DNA from: an uncultured virus (IMG/VR IMGVR_UViG_3300010355_000481)
Lineage: Duplodnaviria > Heunggongvirae > Uroviricota > Caudoviricetes > Crassvirales
Virus record (IMG/VR): IMGVR_UViG_3300010355_000481
Strand: one strand, 5' to 3'
Length of the DNA stretch: 64,000 nt
Part shown: piece after piece, positions 26,341 through 37,846 of the stretch
Numbering within the stretch: position 1 is the stretch's first letter
Layout of the letters: the number at the start of each line of letters is the position of its first letter
The notes under the pieces: generated by a model
What the model was told of the DNA's origin: nothing
Databases searched by the model: none
Seen by the model: only the letters and a program-made list of their open reading frames with translations
Position numbers and translations under genes: made by a program

Positions 26341-28797
26341 TTATATTAAATCAATTGTTACACCTTCGAAACTGATATAGATATTTCTAGTAGTATTTAC
26401 ACTAGACATCATTACTCCAGTATGCGTTTCGTTTGTATCATCACGGTATGAAGTATAGTTTCTTTCTAATTGGAATACCGTACCTGCTTTTTTCAAGTTA
26501 AAATTAACGTGAGTATTAACCGAATCATTGATTACGACAGAAGAATAACTATACACTCCATGGCGTTGATAAATAGAATCTTTTAAACCGTAGTTAGCAT
26601 TACTACTCGGTAATGGGTATCCACATAATGATAAACCAGTTGCGTTGAATATATCATCTACGATAGTAGCTTCTGCAAAAGCAGCTGAAACAGAACCTAA
26701 CACGACGATCGATGGCCCAGAAGAGAAATCTTTATATACCCCACCTCTAAACTTCAATTTATTATTTTCTACGATATATTCTAAACCATCAGGTAACCAA
26801 GCATTTTGTAAAATACCAGAAGGTACCGCTTGGTATGAAGTACATGCAGTTGGTACATAACCCAATGTAGTTGTGTATACTGCAGAAACCCCAGTAGTTA
26901 ACAAAGAGCATTGTCTTGTGACTTGGATATTTAAAGTATGAGGGATCTTCGTACCGAAGAAAGGCATCGATACTACTGTCTTAGCGAAAGTAGGGTTATA
27001 CGTTGATACTAAGGCGATAACATGTGCAGGATTTCCAGATACGTTTGTATAATCTACTTTTACCGAAACCATATCATCATCGTTGGCGCCTAACCAACCA
27101 ACTAATAGGTTTGTATCATCTCCGTCATTTTGGATAACAAAACTAATTTCAGGAGCAGTTACTGTAGCACAAGGGTTTGTACTTTGTAATTTAAGATCTA
27201 TTAAACCACAATCGGTACCACTTGGATCCTGAACAATAGATATGCTATTATCAGAAGAAGTAAAGTGAATATCTTCGGAAGGGTTTAACATAATTGAAGC
27301 CCATTCGCCATCACCGTTAGTACATTTTGCACGAACACGTGCACCTAAAATATCACAAGAAATACTAGGGAAAGCCGTCATATTATATTTAAGTATACCA
27401 GAAGCTACACTTACATAATTAGCATCACCATTTATCCATGTTAATGGTGAACCGGTAGTACCTCTAAATTCAACTTCATAATCGGTATTAATACTTGTAT
27501 GACCAGAAAATTCAAATATAAAGTTAGTCCCATCATTGTAAAGACGTAAACCGTACGCAAGTAAAGGAGATTGTACAAATACTCCCCCGTCGGTACCAGC
27601 TTGTGCAGCATTACAAGTATCTGTCGAATATGAAACAGGGCTACTTGGTACATATAAACCATTACCTGTATTCACCAAAATATTACCGCCAGTAAGTGTA
27701 TCTATATTTACATCGGCTTTAATACCTGCAGCATCACTTGATAAAGTAACGGAAGAAGTATTTTGGAAAATAACATCAGATTTAATGATATTACCTGGAA
27801 GGATAGTCATGTTTACAGTATCAGTATCTGATATCGAAACAGCACCAGAAGCCATCGGTACGTACAACCCAGTCGGCAATACTTGTAAGGCATTCGTACC
27901 CGATGGATCAAGTATAACTTGAGATGACAAATTATATCCACCTAATATAGGCGTTAAAGTATGACCTACTGATGGGCTATTTGCCGTAGTAAGTAATGTA
28001 TTTCCAGAAGGGCAACATCCGATGTTTATACCATTAGGGCCGTAAGTAATTGGCGCAGCACTTGCAGGGTCAAATCTAACTTGAGCACTTACTTGATAAT
28101 TATTACCTGAAGGAGTTACTGTTATATCGACTGAAGAAGTATCTAAACCAGAAACTGTAGTTGCAGGACCAGAAGTTGTTGGTGGTGCAACATATAAACC
28201 ATTAGGTCCAACTTGGATAGCATTACCAGGAGTTGTATCTATTTTAACAAGAGATTGGACTGAATATCCACCTACTGTAGGAAGCACGGTAGTATCTACT
28301 GTATTTGTATCGATACCTACTAATGTTGTACTTGCCGTAGACGGTGATGGACATGCCATATATAAACCATCTGACAAAATTTGTAAACAGTTATTAGAAG
28401 TAGCTGACAATCTTACGGCTGCAACTAATTGTTCATTTAGGCCGACATTTGTATTAAGGATACTGACAGAACTGCTACCTACAATCTTATCACTTAGGTA
28501 GCCTGATGTACTATCAGATGCAGAAGCTTTTACCCTAATATCGGTAGCTGTTACGACGATATTTCCACAAAGTTTTTGTGCGAAGCTTTCAAATACATCT
28601 GTAAATGAAGTCCCTTTTAAAATAGTATCGGCACAAACCGTTAAATCTTTCGATAAAAATAAACAATCACCCCAGTTAGGGTGTAAACATCCTGTAGTAC
28701 AAGGAGTTGGAGGGCAAGGTTGTGGGTTACAATTACAAGGACAAGGCGTACCACAAGGGTCTGGGCAGCATTTATTACAAGTTGTGTGGTGAGACAT
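26341..28797 (-). CDS. Fibre/spike structural protein
   Basis: 818 aa; Cys/Pro-rich N-terminus; repeated N(A/C)(L/I)QxxxxGLY units. Confidence 0.65.
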   Translation of the reverse strand: MSHHTTCNKCCPDPCGTPCPCNCNPQPCPPTPCTTGCLHPNWGDCLFLSKDLTVCADTILKGTSFTDVFESFAQKLCGNIVVTATDIRVKASASDSTSGYLSDKIVGSSSVSILNTNVGLNEQLVAAVRLSATSNNCLQILSDGLYMACPSPSTASTTLVGIDTNTVDTTVLPTVGGYSVQSLVKIDTTPGNAIQVGPNGLYVAPPTTSGPATTVSGLDTSSVDITVTPSGNNYQVSAQVRFDPASAAPITYGPNGINIGCCPSGNTLLTTANSPSVGHTLTPILGGYNLSSQVILDPSGTNALQVLPTGLYVPMASGAVSISDTDTVNMTILPGNIIKSDVIFQNTSSVTLSSDAAGIKADVNIDTLTGGNILVNTGNGLYVPSSPVSYSTDTCNAAQAGTDGGVFVQSPLLAYGLRLYNDGTNFIFEFSGHTSINTDYEVEFRGTTGSPLTWINGDANYVSVASGILKYNMTAFPSISCDILGARVRAKCTNGDGEWASIMLNPSEDIHFTSSDNSISIVQDPSGTDCGLIDLKLQSTNPCATVTAPEISFVIQNDGDDTNLLVGWLGANDDDMVSVKVDYTNVSGNPAHVIALVSTYNPTFAKTVVSMPFFGTKIPHTLNIQVTRQCSLLTTGVSAVYTTTLGYVPTACTSYQAVPSGILQNAWLPDGLEYIVENNKLKFRGGVYKDFSSGPSIVVLGSVSAAFAEATIVDDIFNATGLSLCGYPLPSSNANYGLKDSIYQRHGVYSYSSVVINDSVNTHVNFNLKKAGTVFQLERNYTSYRDDTNETHTGVMMSSVNTTRNIYISFEGVTIDLI

Positions 28798-28819
28798 ATT
28801 TATTTTTTTAATATATTAA

Positions 28820-31315
28820 TTATTGACAATCACAAGTATCTTCCAAGAGTTCTCCTTTTACAGAAACAATGGTACCAGTTATTGGATCTTTTAAATTTAA
28901 TTGTGGCGTGTTGGATATATCCTGACCACTTATTTCGAGGACGATACCAAATGGCGTAGGACCTTCGGTGTATCCAAATGTTATTTGTTTATGGTTCAAA
29001 ATTGTAATCAAAGTGGCGACACTTCCTGCAATGTTTAAATCACCATTATGTCTAATTTCATAATTAGAACATGCTTTTGCTGTTAAGATAGGTTGGGTTA
29101 AGCTTGATGGTACTACAGGTACGACTGTTAATATATCCTCGCTTACAGGTAAAGCCAACGTCCCTTTAATAAAACCAGCTGCAGCTATAGTTGGACCATT
29201 TAAAGTCAAAGAAGGATTTAAGGAAGTCGTCAAACTATCATAAGTATAATTATCTGTTTGGTTACCTTTCATGTCGATATCCAATACGGTAGTCGGTTGT
29301 GTAACACTTGTTACTAATCTTTCTACGTAAGCATTGAAAGCACTAGAAATAGGTATACGGAAGAACCAGCAAGTATTTTCCGATACGTCTGGGAATACCA
29401 TATCTTCGTTACAGTCTGTCGTAGGATCTTGACCTATACTAATATCAGAACCAGTGGTTAACGCATATGAAGCAACTATAGTAGGATTCTCGTCAGGCAT
29501 TTTAAAAGTAATGCATGCACCACTCGAAAGTGTTTGAGAACGGATAGTTGAATTATCAGCCGTTTTGTACAAGACTTTGATCAAATCTGTATCGTTAGAA
29601 GCAGTTGCGCATACACGACAGAAAGAGCAATCACTTGGTACTGCAGGTAAAAAATCAGATAAGCATTCGCTACAAGTTAATCCAGAAGTGTGTACAAAAA
29701 CAGAACGGATACTTAAAGAGATAATTTTCGTAGTATCTAAACCAGAAAGATCTATATCGAAAGAATAATCGTTTGTGATTTCTAATTCGAAAGAAGAGAC
29801 AACCCCTTTACTATCGGTAACCTGTAATATCGAACCTGTATCGGTCCAACCATCAGGTATAGATGTCCCGTAAGCTGAATTGAAAGTTATAGTATATACA
29901 TTACTTTCCCCGTCATAAATAAGTTTATACCCAAGTTTGATATCTTTACAAGACGGTAAACAACATGCGCTATTTTCACGAGCTTTTAATCTACCGATGA
30001 TATCGCAAATTACAGACCATTGGTTAAAATTATCCTGGGCCAAATTTGTAGCAGATAAATAACTTGAATTAAAGTTTACGGCGAAAGTAGTAACACCATC
30101 ACAATTCGTCATGAACAAAGTAATTGTATTAGCAATATTACTATAACCGATTTGCCCAGAAGGTAATACGCTGAATTGAGCCAAAGATGTAGGAAGTGCT
30201 GCATTAATAGCTGCGACGGCTTGAGAAACTTGGCCGGAACCTATAACCGTATTAATATTGTAAGTGACCCCATCTATCACTATATAATCTACCGAACGTA
30301 GTAAGGCCGACATAGGTGAACATAATACTGCCGGGTAGTTAGTTGATTCCCATTTAGCATTACAACCAGTCGCGATAGAGTTTAAAACTTGAGTATGCGT
30401 ACCTAAATTTGCACGCAAAGAACAAAGATAAGGATCAAGTCTCGCAGTTAATAATGAATGAAGAATAGGTGTCGTATTCAAACATGACGTTACTTTTGGT
30501 TCTTTGTACGTCGAGTAACTATTAACTATATCAGTATATTGTTGCTCAAATAAACTTAATTGAGTTTCTGCAGTAGTTAATGTAGCATCTTGGCAACATA
30601 ATCTGTGAATCAGATATTGTAGAATCTGAGTAATTGTAAAGTCTAAATTTTTATAACAACCAGGTAATGAATTATCAATAATGGTTGCCGTAACACAATC
30701 AGTACAATTAGCAAATCCTACTGATTGGCGAACTTCCGCATACATACCAACTGTAGGACTTGTAAAAGAAAGTAATGTTACAGTGTACAAAGGTTTTTCG
30801 AAACGGATACATTCTTTTTGTTTTAATGTAATCGTTATAGGCGTAGGATCAAATGCTGTTTTATATGTTACACTTAATGTATCACCTGCGTTACCGCCAT
30901 CTGCACAAATAAAATCATAACGACTTTGAGAATAATCTGGGCAAGTTTTTAAACAACCAAGGTCTAAATTAAATACGACATTCTTTTTTTCGTTGATCAG
31001 ATCTACGGTATCATCGATTAGTTTCTTAATACTACAATCATTTGCTTGCAATAATTTGAACATGTTCATTAAAGAACGATCTTCCAAACAAAGATTTTTG
31101 TCACACTTATCTATAATACACTCTAAGTCAACATCTTCTAACTCGTCAAATTGTTTTAATAAGTCACAAACTTTTAGACCTAATTTATAAACGACATCAG
31201 ATACTTTATCACCATGACATAACTTAATGCATGCAATATTCGGACCGTCCCAAATAAATTCAGACGATTTGTAATTAGTAAATGAGTAGTTTTCGTTGTG
31301 CATTAACAAGGGCAA
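28820..31315 (-). CDS. Cys-rich structural (fibre-like) protein, paralog of 31303-33222
   Basis: Shared IWDGPNIxCIxLCxGDxVSxxVYK N-terminus and CWFF block. Confidence 0.6.
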   Translation of the reverse strand: MPLLMHNENYSFTNYKSSEFIWDGPNIACIKLCHGDKVSDVVYKLGLKVCDLLKQFDELEDVDLECIIDKCDKNLCLEDRSLMNMFKLLQANDCSIKKLIDDTVDLINEKKNVVFNLDLGCLKTCPDYSQSRYDFICADGGNAGDTLSVTYKTAFDPTPITITLKQKECIRFEKPLYTVTLLSFTSPTVGMYAEVRQSVGFANCTDCVTATIIDNSLPGCYKNLDFTITQILQYLIHRLCCQDATLTTAETQLSLFEQQYTDIVNSYSTYKEPKVTSCLNTTPILHSLLTARLDPYLCSLRANLGTHTQVLNSIATGCNAKWESTNYPAVLCSPMSALLRSVDYIVIDGVTYNINTVIGSGQVSQAVAAINAALPTSLAQFSVLPSGQIGYSNIANTITLFMTNCDGVTTFAVNFNSSYLSATNLAQDNFNQWSVICDIIGRLKARENSACCLPSCKDIKLGYKLIYDGESNVYTITFNSAYGTSIPDGWTDTGSILQVTDSKGVVSSFELEITNDYSFDIDLSGLDTTKIISLSIRSVFVHTSGLTCSECLSDFLPAVPSDCSFCRVCATASNDTDLIKVLYKTADNSTIRSQTLSSGACITFKMPDENPTIVASYALTTGSDISIGQDPTTDCNEDMVFPDVSENTCWFFRIPISSAFNAYVERLVTSVTQPTTVLDIDMKGNQTDNYTYDSLTTSLNPSLTLNGPTIAAAGFIKGTLALPVSEDILTVVPVVPSSLTQPILTAKACSNYEIRHNGDLNIAGSVATLITILNHKQITFGYTEGPTPFGIVLEISGQDISNTPQLNLKDPITGTIVSVKGELLEDTCDCQ

Positions 31316-33222
31316 GTTGGTGTTAAAGTACCTTTAGAGTATATTAATTGATTAGATATCGTATCGAGCATTTCTAAGTACGGGGTTACATTAGCCGGTT
31401 GTCCTACTATTTTTACATATATACCAAAAGGATTTCCGCCAGTATCATATGTTAAGTTAGGGGATACAGTTTGTCCAACTAAACCTTGGCATAGATCTTG
31501 CGTACCATAATTTCCACCAGGAAGTTCTCCTACAAATGCGGATCCGATAGAAGCAGTACAAACAATCATCGAACTTACAGATGACAGATTAGCATTAGGT
31601 GTCGTAGTAATAAAGTGTGATGTCGCTCCTGATGTTCCGTATGTTTGAGTTTTACCTGCAATAGGTATCGGCCCCAAATTAGTAATCAAATTTGCATAAT
31701 CATAGATCATGTTCGTATTAGCATTCAAACTCACTGTTAATTGCTGATTAGCCGCACAGTTAAAACCATCTAAAGAAATACTTGAATATGGATTATTTAC
31801 TGGAATAGGGAAAAACCAACATGTCGGTCCTGTAAGTTGAGGTATAACTACCATCGAAGGACAATCAGTACTTCCCGATAATGTCATAGAAGATCCTGGA
31901 GTTAAAGTAATAACACTTGATATGATTGGAGTATCAGTTGGAATTTCGAAAGTTAAACAACCCCCGAAACTAATATCTACAGTTACTGGCGTAGGATTAC
32001 TTAAAGTTGTATATGTAACTGCAAGTTTATCCCCAACTACGCCACCTGACGTACAAAGCTTACACAATTTACACTCGATATCTTGTGCCGGTATAACTTG
32101 GGTAAAGCAATCTACACATTTTAATCCGTTGATTTGATTAGTGAAGCATGTGTTGATCTTAGTACTGATAGGGTTGGTAAAATCTAAAGACAATGACGGC
32201 GATACCCATACTAACCCATTTGATAATGTAATTGGAAGAGTAATTGTATTATTAGAGGTATCTGTCAAAGTGATAGTCGAACCGCAGTCAACAAATCCTA
32301 AAGGTATAAAAGTGTTGGTAAAATTACTGAAAGTAAGTGTAACCTGTTGGGTGCCTACATTATATGATGCAGAATATCCTATACTGATATCGTCACATAC
32401 AGGAGCACAACAGTTATCTTCCATGAATTTAATACGCTGAAGTAGATCGCAAATAATTATCCATTTGTTATGATTATCATCTGCAAGTGTTGTAGCGTTC
32501 TGGATAATATCCGTGTTTGACGTATAATCGGTTAAGCATTGTTGACTAATGGCGCCGGCAACATCTAAAGCCGTACCCATATCGGTACGTATTTGGCAAG
32601 CAAAGTCTGCAATCAGAGGAGTAATGGCGCTATGAGTTAAAGTAGTACCATTAACACAAGTAGTAAATGACGGTTCTGTATAAGTACCAGTAACTACTGT
32701 GTTTTGAAGATTTTGTATAAGAACTTCCAATGCTTGTATACGGTTGATGATATCTACGATTCGTGTTTCGTGATCGCAAATAATATCAATAAAGCATTGG
32801 AATATATCATTTAAAGTATAAGCCTCCGGATCGATACAAAGTTTTATCATGTGGGATTCAAGACATGATACATCTAAATTACCAAGAACAACCCCACCAG
32901 AAGCAGCAGAAGCTTCTATTGCTTTGATCATACCTTGTAACTTACAATCATTTGCAAGTAATACTTCAAATATTGCTTTGATAGAATAATCTTTCGGATC
33001 GCATGAAGTAGGACAATCAACTAAACATTCGAATGTCAAAGTTTTTAAAGATTCAACATCATCTACCATACGGCAAATTTCTTTTGCAATCTTGTAAACA
33101 ATATTACTCACAGTATCTCCTGAACATAATTCAATACATGGAATATTTGGTCCATCCCAAATAATGTTATTTGAACTTACGTTAGAATCATTCTTCGATC
33201 GATTAATTGGTCTAGGAGGCAT
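31303..33222 (-). CDS. Cys-rich structural (fibre-like) protein
   Basis: 639 aa; short coiled coil; paralog of 28820-31315. Confidence 0.6.
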   Translation of the reverse strand: MPPRPINRSKNDSNVSSNNIIWDGPNIPCIELCSGDTVSNIVYKIAKEICRMVDDVESLKTLTFECLVDCPTSCDPKDYSIKAIFEVLLANDCKLQGMIKAIEASAASGGVVLGNLDVSCLESHMIKLCIDPEAYTLNDIFQCFIDIICDHETRIVDIINRIQALEVLIQNLQNTVVTGTYTEPSFTTCVNGTTLTHSAITPLIADFACQIRTDMGTALDVAGAISQQCLTDYTSNTDIIQNATTLADDNHNKWIIICDLLQRIKFMEDNCCAPVCDDISIGYSASYNVGTQQVTLTFSNFTNTFIPLGFVDCGSTITLTDTSNNTITLPITLSNGLVWVSPSLSLDFTNPISTKINTCFTNQINGLKCVDCFTQVIPAQDIECKLCKLCTSGGVVGDKLAVTYTTLSNPTPVTVDISFGGCLTFEIPTDTPIISSVITLTPGSSMTLSGSTDCPSMVVIPQLTGPTCWFFPIPVNNPYSSISLDGFNCAANQQLTVSLNANTNMIYDYANLITNLGPIPIAGKTQTYGTSGATSHFITTTPNANLSSVSSMIVCTASIGSAFVGELPGGNYGTQDLCQGLVGQTVSPNLTYDTGGNPFGIYVKIVGQPANVTPYLEMLDTISNQLIYSKGTLTPTCPC

Positions 33223-33433
33223 TTAATATTTTTTTAAGGCACGGTACGTCGGCCAGTGTATCGAATTGATTATAGTGTTCGAGCACGTCGATTTTGAGCG
33301 CAATATCTACCTCAGATTGAGCTGCAATTACGCAATCCATGATCCCATATTGTTTTTGTAGTAACTTACCACGTTCTCTGTCTGCTATCTTACAATATAA
33401 GGTACTAAGTTTATCAGCAATTTGTGCAACCAT
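33212..33433 (-). CDS. Small structural-module protein
   Basis: 73 aa; overlaps both neighbours. Confidence 0.55.
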   Translation of the reverse strand: MVAQIADKLSTLYCKIADRERGKLLQKQYGIMDCVIAAQSEVDIALKIDVLEHYNQFDTLADVPCLKKILNAS

Positions 33434-33965
33434 CGGTCTTGAATTTTTTTAATTGTTCAGAAACTTCCGCATATAATTCTTTGGCACCTTCTGGATCATT
33501 GCAATTCATCGCCAAATATCTGGTAGAATCTATCAAAGTTTTAATGGCCCCAAGTTCTTTTACCTTCTCGTTGTACTCTTTTTTAGTCATATCACACTTA
33601 CTATGGAATAGTGAACATGCCGCTTGAATATATGTATTATATTGCTTTTGATCGTGCAGATAGTAGTATTCGACAAATAGTTTGTCGTTAGGATTGATAC
33701 TATACTTTATATAATATACTCCGTCAGGTAAAGCGCCTAGCGATTGATAATTTGTCGCCAATTGAATCTTTAAAAGACTTGCATTTAGTATTAAATGAAA
33801 ACCAGGTAATGGTTCAAAAAACACCGAAGCACATTTTCCCGGAGGAGTTACTTCTAATATCCCACAAGTAACAGGTAATGCAGAATTGTACAGAGACGAA
33901 TCTGTAATATGGAATGTGTTACAATCCCCTTTATTTTCAATATCTAGTGCGAGTGTTGATATCAT
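33414..33965 (-). CDS. Virion structural protein
   Basis: LPDGVYYIKYSINP Ig-like segment; position in structural operon. Confidence 0.55.
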   Translation of the reverse strand: MISTLALDIENKGDCNTFHITDSSLYNSALPVTCGILEVTPPGKCASVFFEPLPGFHLILNASLLKIQLATNYQSLGALPDGVYYIKYSINPNDKLFVEYYYLHDQKQYNTYIQAACSLFHSKCDMTKKEYNEKVKELGAIKTLIDSTRYLAMNCNDPEGAKELYAEVSEQLKKFKTDGCTNC

Positions 33966-33972
33966 AGTTAAT

Positions 33973-34009
33973 AAAAAAGGGTAGGTAGATTGTACTCCAC
34001 CTACCCTTT
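33973..34009 (-). terminator. Intrinsic terminator
   Basis: AAAGGGTAGGTGGAG...TCTACCTACCCTTTTTT. Confidence 0.75.
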
Positions 34010-34028
34010 AGTTTTAGATTATAAAATA

Positions 34029-35987
34029 TTAGTAATCAATTTGATTGATACGTGGGCGAACGGTTACCCCATTACTACCAAACATAGCATTCAAGTATGT
34101 TTCGAAAGTTGAAGTATCGATACCTTCTTTTACGATGATCGGAATCTCGTAAGTTTCAGGATTCTGCATGTTACCAGGGAAGTTGTTACCTCTATATTGT
34201 TTGTACTTAACGTAGTAAACATTGTAGAAAGCATTTCTATCGATGATATATGCTAAACTTGTTTCCAAAATCTCACGTAAACGTGGATCAGTATCGAAAG
34301 CAGCTTGGTATAAGTAAGCAGCAAGGTTAATGTACTCACGACGTGCCCACTCACCATCTTGGTTCTTTTGGATAGCATCTTGAATCTTACGAGCTTTTAC
34401 TTGTGCCTTACATGGTTCGCCATCTTCTTCTACTTCCCAAACTTCCATCATCGTTGGTTTGTAAGTGAAGTAATCTTCAGGAACCCAAGAACATTCATCA
34501 AACTTAGTATAGTTTGAACTTACTTCGAAACGGATACCACAAGCATTAGGCTGTGTAGGAACTGCTTCAGCTTCGCAAGGACAATCTGACCACAATGTAT
34601 TTTCGAAAGGCTTGATAGCTGGGAATTCAGGATTTGGTTCAGTTAAGCAACCATCTTCCATACATCCGCTATATTGTTCGATTTCGTAAACATCTTCGCA
34701 ATTCCCGGCAGTTTTTAATACTACAGATCCTGGAACAATGTTCAAGTCACCAACATAAGCTGCTTGGATATCAGCTAAACGATTAGCACCACCACAATCT
34801 TTACCTAAGATCATACATTTCTTCTGAGTTGTGATATAACGATCACCACATTTTACCCAAGCGATTGGATCAGCAGCAGTAGTAGGAGTACACATTGCAG
34901 GAACATGAGTGATGCTCAAAATAAGATCAGCTAATTCTGCAACTAATGTGTTAGTAGGTAATGTGAACTCTACTGTAATACCAGCTACACTGTGTGTAAG
35001 ATATTTAGGAGAAGTACCACCATAAGAAGAAGCAATATTTGTAGCAGCCACTAATTGTAAAGCAGGAGAAGTTAAATCTTCTGTACCAGCTAATGGGCGA
35101 GTTACTACATATTTGTATCCTTCAGGAACCAAAGTATACCCAGATCCACAAGTACCACAAGCAGCAAGTAATACACTAGCAGTAGGAACATAGTCCGCAA
35201 CTACAGTAGCATTAGGCATACAACCGGTTTGGTAAGTTGATAAACTACCTTCACGTGCGATACGTGATATAGCCATACCAGGATACTGACGTTGGATAGC
35301 GTTCATAGACTCTTGGTCACCGTTATCACATACTGTCAAACACATTAATTTGTGAGTAGCAGGGTGAACAGGGATAGCAGGTAGAACTACTTCGGCACGG
35401 ATGAATCGAGAAATCTCTACGTCCTTATTGATAGCATCTACCAATTTCTTCGTATAGTTACGACAGTGTACGGTGTTGTCAGGACAACCTCCGGCACATT
35501 CATCAGAATCACAACATGCAGTTGTAACACTTACGTCACGTAAGATTTGTTTTGTGAATTCGTTGTAAACACCTTCACCGTAGATACGGAATCTGAACTT
35601 ATGTGTTTTACCACATTCGAAACGAAGTGTGTTACAAGGGTCTGCAGGATCACTTAGACCGTCCCAACCAATAATCCATTTCTCATTTTGAGATTGACGG
35701 AATGGAGAGAACTCGACGTGCATAACATCTTTTGGTAAGAAGTCTGCAGTCTTCAATGACTTTTTCAAACCAGTGTAGAATTTACCTAAAGCATCTTTTT
35801 TGTGGTAAGATCCTTGGGCAAAACGCACTGGAGCGTGCATATTAATGTTTGCTGGCGCTACAGCATTTCCGCTTTTGGCATCAAATACTCCGATGATACC
35901 TGGCATTAAGTCTTTAGTGTGACCTGTAGACGTAAACCCGGCATAAACGAGCATGGGATGGTCCAATACATGAAATTTGTTATTCAT
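34029..35987 (-). CDS. Abundant structural protein (auxiliary capsid/decoration candidate)
   Basis: 652 aa; codon usage resembles the capsid gene; followed by a terminator. Confidence 0.55.
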   Translation of the reverse strand: MNNKFHVLDHPMLVYAGFTSTGHTKDLMPGIIGVFDAKSGNAVAPANINMHAPVRFAQGSYHKKDALGKFYTGLKKSLKTADFLPKDVMHVEFSPFRQSQNEKWIIGWDGLSDPADPCNTLRFECGKTHKFRFRIYGEGVYNEFTKQILRDVSVTTACCDSDECAGGCPDNTVHCRNYTKKLVDAINKDVEISRFIRAEVVLPAIPVHPATHKLMCLTVCDNGDQESMNAIQRQYPGMAISRIAREGSLSTYQTGCMPNATVVADYVPTASVLLAACGTCGSGYTLVPEGYKYVVTRPLAGTEDLTSPALQLVAATNIASSYGGTSPKYLTHSVAGITVEFTLPTNTLVAELADLILSITHVPAMCTPTTAADPIAWVKCGDRYITTQKKCMILGKDCGGANRLADIQAAYVGDLNIVPGSVVLKTAGNCEDVYEIEQYSGCMEDGCLTEPNPEFPAIKPFENTLWSDCPCEAEAVPTQPNACGIRFEVSSNYTKFDECSWVPEDYFTYKPTMMEVWEVEEDGEPCKAQVKARKIQDAIQKNQDGEWARREYINLAAYLYQAAFDTDPRLREILETSLAYIIDRNAFYNVYYVKYKQYRGNNFPGNMQNPETYEIPIIVKEGIDTSTFETYLNAMFGSNGVTVRPRINQIDY

Positions 35988-36004
35988 ATTTGTTTATTTA
36001 AATT

Positions 36005-36703
36005 TTAATTGTTTGTTTCTTTACGTTGTTGCGTGATTTGATAAGCACTCATATGTTCGATATCTCCCGCTAAGATATTTGCAGCCTCGTCAATAATTAA
36101 CTCTGCTACGTCATCTTTAAACTCTAAGGCAACATCTTTACCTTGAACGCCATCATAATGCTCACAACCTTCTATATCAAATCCGATAGGGAATCTATAG
36201 TACATCAGTTTAACTTCTGATACTTTGAATTCTTTGTTGGTATAAACTCTTATTCGATTTCCGACGAGGGTATAAAAACATTGTCTGAATTCAAAGGAAG
36301 GGGATTTAGCCCAGTCATTCAACCACGAATTAACATTTGCTTCTTCGATATGATGAATATCTGATATAAATTGGTTAGTACAGTCTCCACTGTCCCCATA
36401 TACTAGAATCGTTTTAAACCAACCATAATTTTCAGGTAAGCTTTCCGTTTCTGCGTATATTCCTTTATCGGTTATTGTAAGATCTTTTTGAGTTAAGAGA
36501 AGTTGAAGGTCATCTACTCTCATAGTTGTTTCTTCATCCCCTTCCCTCGAAGCATTTGAACCATGGATTTGTCTTCTAGTCCATTCAAGTGAAGCTTTTC
36601 TTACGGCTTCTCTTTTTTGCCAACATTCGATATTGTCATAATCCTCGCTGGCGAGTTTATTCAATCGTTCGTCAAGCTTTATTTGTACTAGTCGTGCATC
36701 CAT
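36005..36703 (-). CDS. Head-tail ring/adaptor protein
   Basis: 232 aa; ETTMRVDDLQLL, LPENY and LMYYRFP motifs typical of crAss ring proteins. Confidence 0.6.
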   Translation of the reverse strand: MDARLVQIKLDERLNKLASEDYDNIECWQKREAVRKASLEWTRRQIHGSNASREGDEETTMRVDDLQLLLTQKDLTITDKGIYAETESLPENYGWFKTILVYGDSGDCTNQFISDIHHIEEANVNSWLNDWAKSPSFEFRQCFYTLVGNRIRVYTNKEFKVSEVKLMYYRFPIGFDIEGCEHYDGVQGKDVALEFKDDVAELIIDEAANILAGDIEHMSAYQITQQRKETNN

Positions 36704-36705
36704 TG

Positions 36706-37821
36706 TTAATACTTATTCCATTTTTGTTGTACTGCAGTAAGTAATGCAACTACTTCTTCTTGATGTTGGAATTTCATCAATTCTTCTACTAATTTTTCCT
36801 TATCCTTCGTTTTGAAGTTATAGGTTGTTTCGTTAGAAACAAATTGATTATCTTTATTCGTAGTAATGTTACCGTAAAAGATAGCATCATTAACAAGAGC
36901 AATTGTACGTCCACGTTTTTGGTTAGACTTGAATGATTCGACAGTTTCGATGAATTTCTTTGGGGCCTGTTTCTTCTGACCTTGTGTGTAATCTCCTTGG
37001 ATATATCTACGCAAAGCTTTATATATAATATCTTTAGGCGTATTAAATGTTACCCCTTCGTTTGAAGTGATCAACATCTTGTGTAAGAAGAACATTGTTT
37101 CGGCGCCACGCCCAGATTCGTCAATTTCAGATAACAAGCGAACAGCTTTATCTCTAATTTTTTCTGAATCATCATAGACTTCATACGTTAAATGAGGTTC
37201 TTCTAAATAGAAACGATAGTTTGTTTTTAAAAGATCATCAGGTGATGCTGCAATATATGGATATCCTCCTCCTTTAATATTCCAATAAGTAAGAAGATTA
37301 TCGGGATTCTCTAAATCCAACACTGTTTCCTCGTCGACGATAGCAAGTCTTTGTTTCTTCCAGAAAGGTTGATTAAATGGATCATTTACCTCTGGACCAA
37401 AGTTTTCTTCTAATATTACAAGACTTTCTTTGAGGAATTCAACTTCCCAAGCTTGCTTATAATCTCCTTCTTTTAAACCTGTTTTGAAGAAATTTTTTCC
37501 GCCACGTTCGATAGCGGCCAATTCCATTTCTCTCGAAAAACCGCCAGGATATAAATCCACGCCAAGTTCCGCAGCCTTAGTCTTATCAGAGTAATTCTCG
37601 GAAGCATTATGACGGATAGTTACATAACGACTTCTTTTCTTAGTTGTCGGCGTACCTGTAGCTGTTAATACTTCTTCTTCCTTGTTAGGATAAAGATTGT
37701 CAAAGATCGATTCCTCCATTGGTTCGTCGATATGACCGGCATTAGGGTTTGCCTTAATTTCTTTAGTTTCAGCTTTTGCTGGAGCAGCTTTAGAAGCTAC
37801 TGATGGTTTTACTTCTGACAT
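36706..37821 (-). CDS. Conserved crAss-like protein following the major capsid gene
   Basis: 371 aa; FW...LDLENPDNLL motif; gene order. Confidence 0.55.
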   Translation of the reverse strand: MSEVKPSVASKAAPAKAETKEIKANPNAGHIDEPMEESIFDNLYPNKEEEVLTATGTPTTKKRSRYVTIRHNASENYSDKTKAAELGVDLYPGGFSREMELAAIERGGKNFFKTGLKEGDYKQAWEVEFLKESLVILEENFGPEVNDPFNQPFWKKQRLAIVDEETVLDLENPDNLLTYWNIKGGGYPYIAASPDDLLKTNYRFYLEEPHLTYEVYDDSEKIRDKAVRLLSEIDESGRGAETMFFLHKMLITSNEGVTFNTPKDIIYKALRRYIQGDYTQGQKKQAPKKFIETVESFKSNQKRGRTIALVNDAIFYGNITTNKDNQFVSNETTYNFKTKDKEKLVEELMKFQHQEEVVALLTAVQQKWNKY

Positions 37822-37846
37822 TGGTTTATTGGTTTATTGGTTGTTG

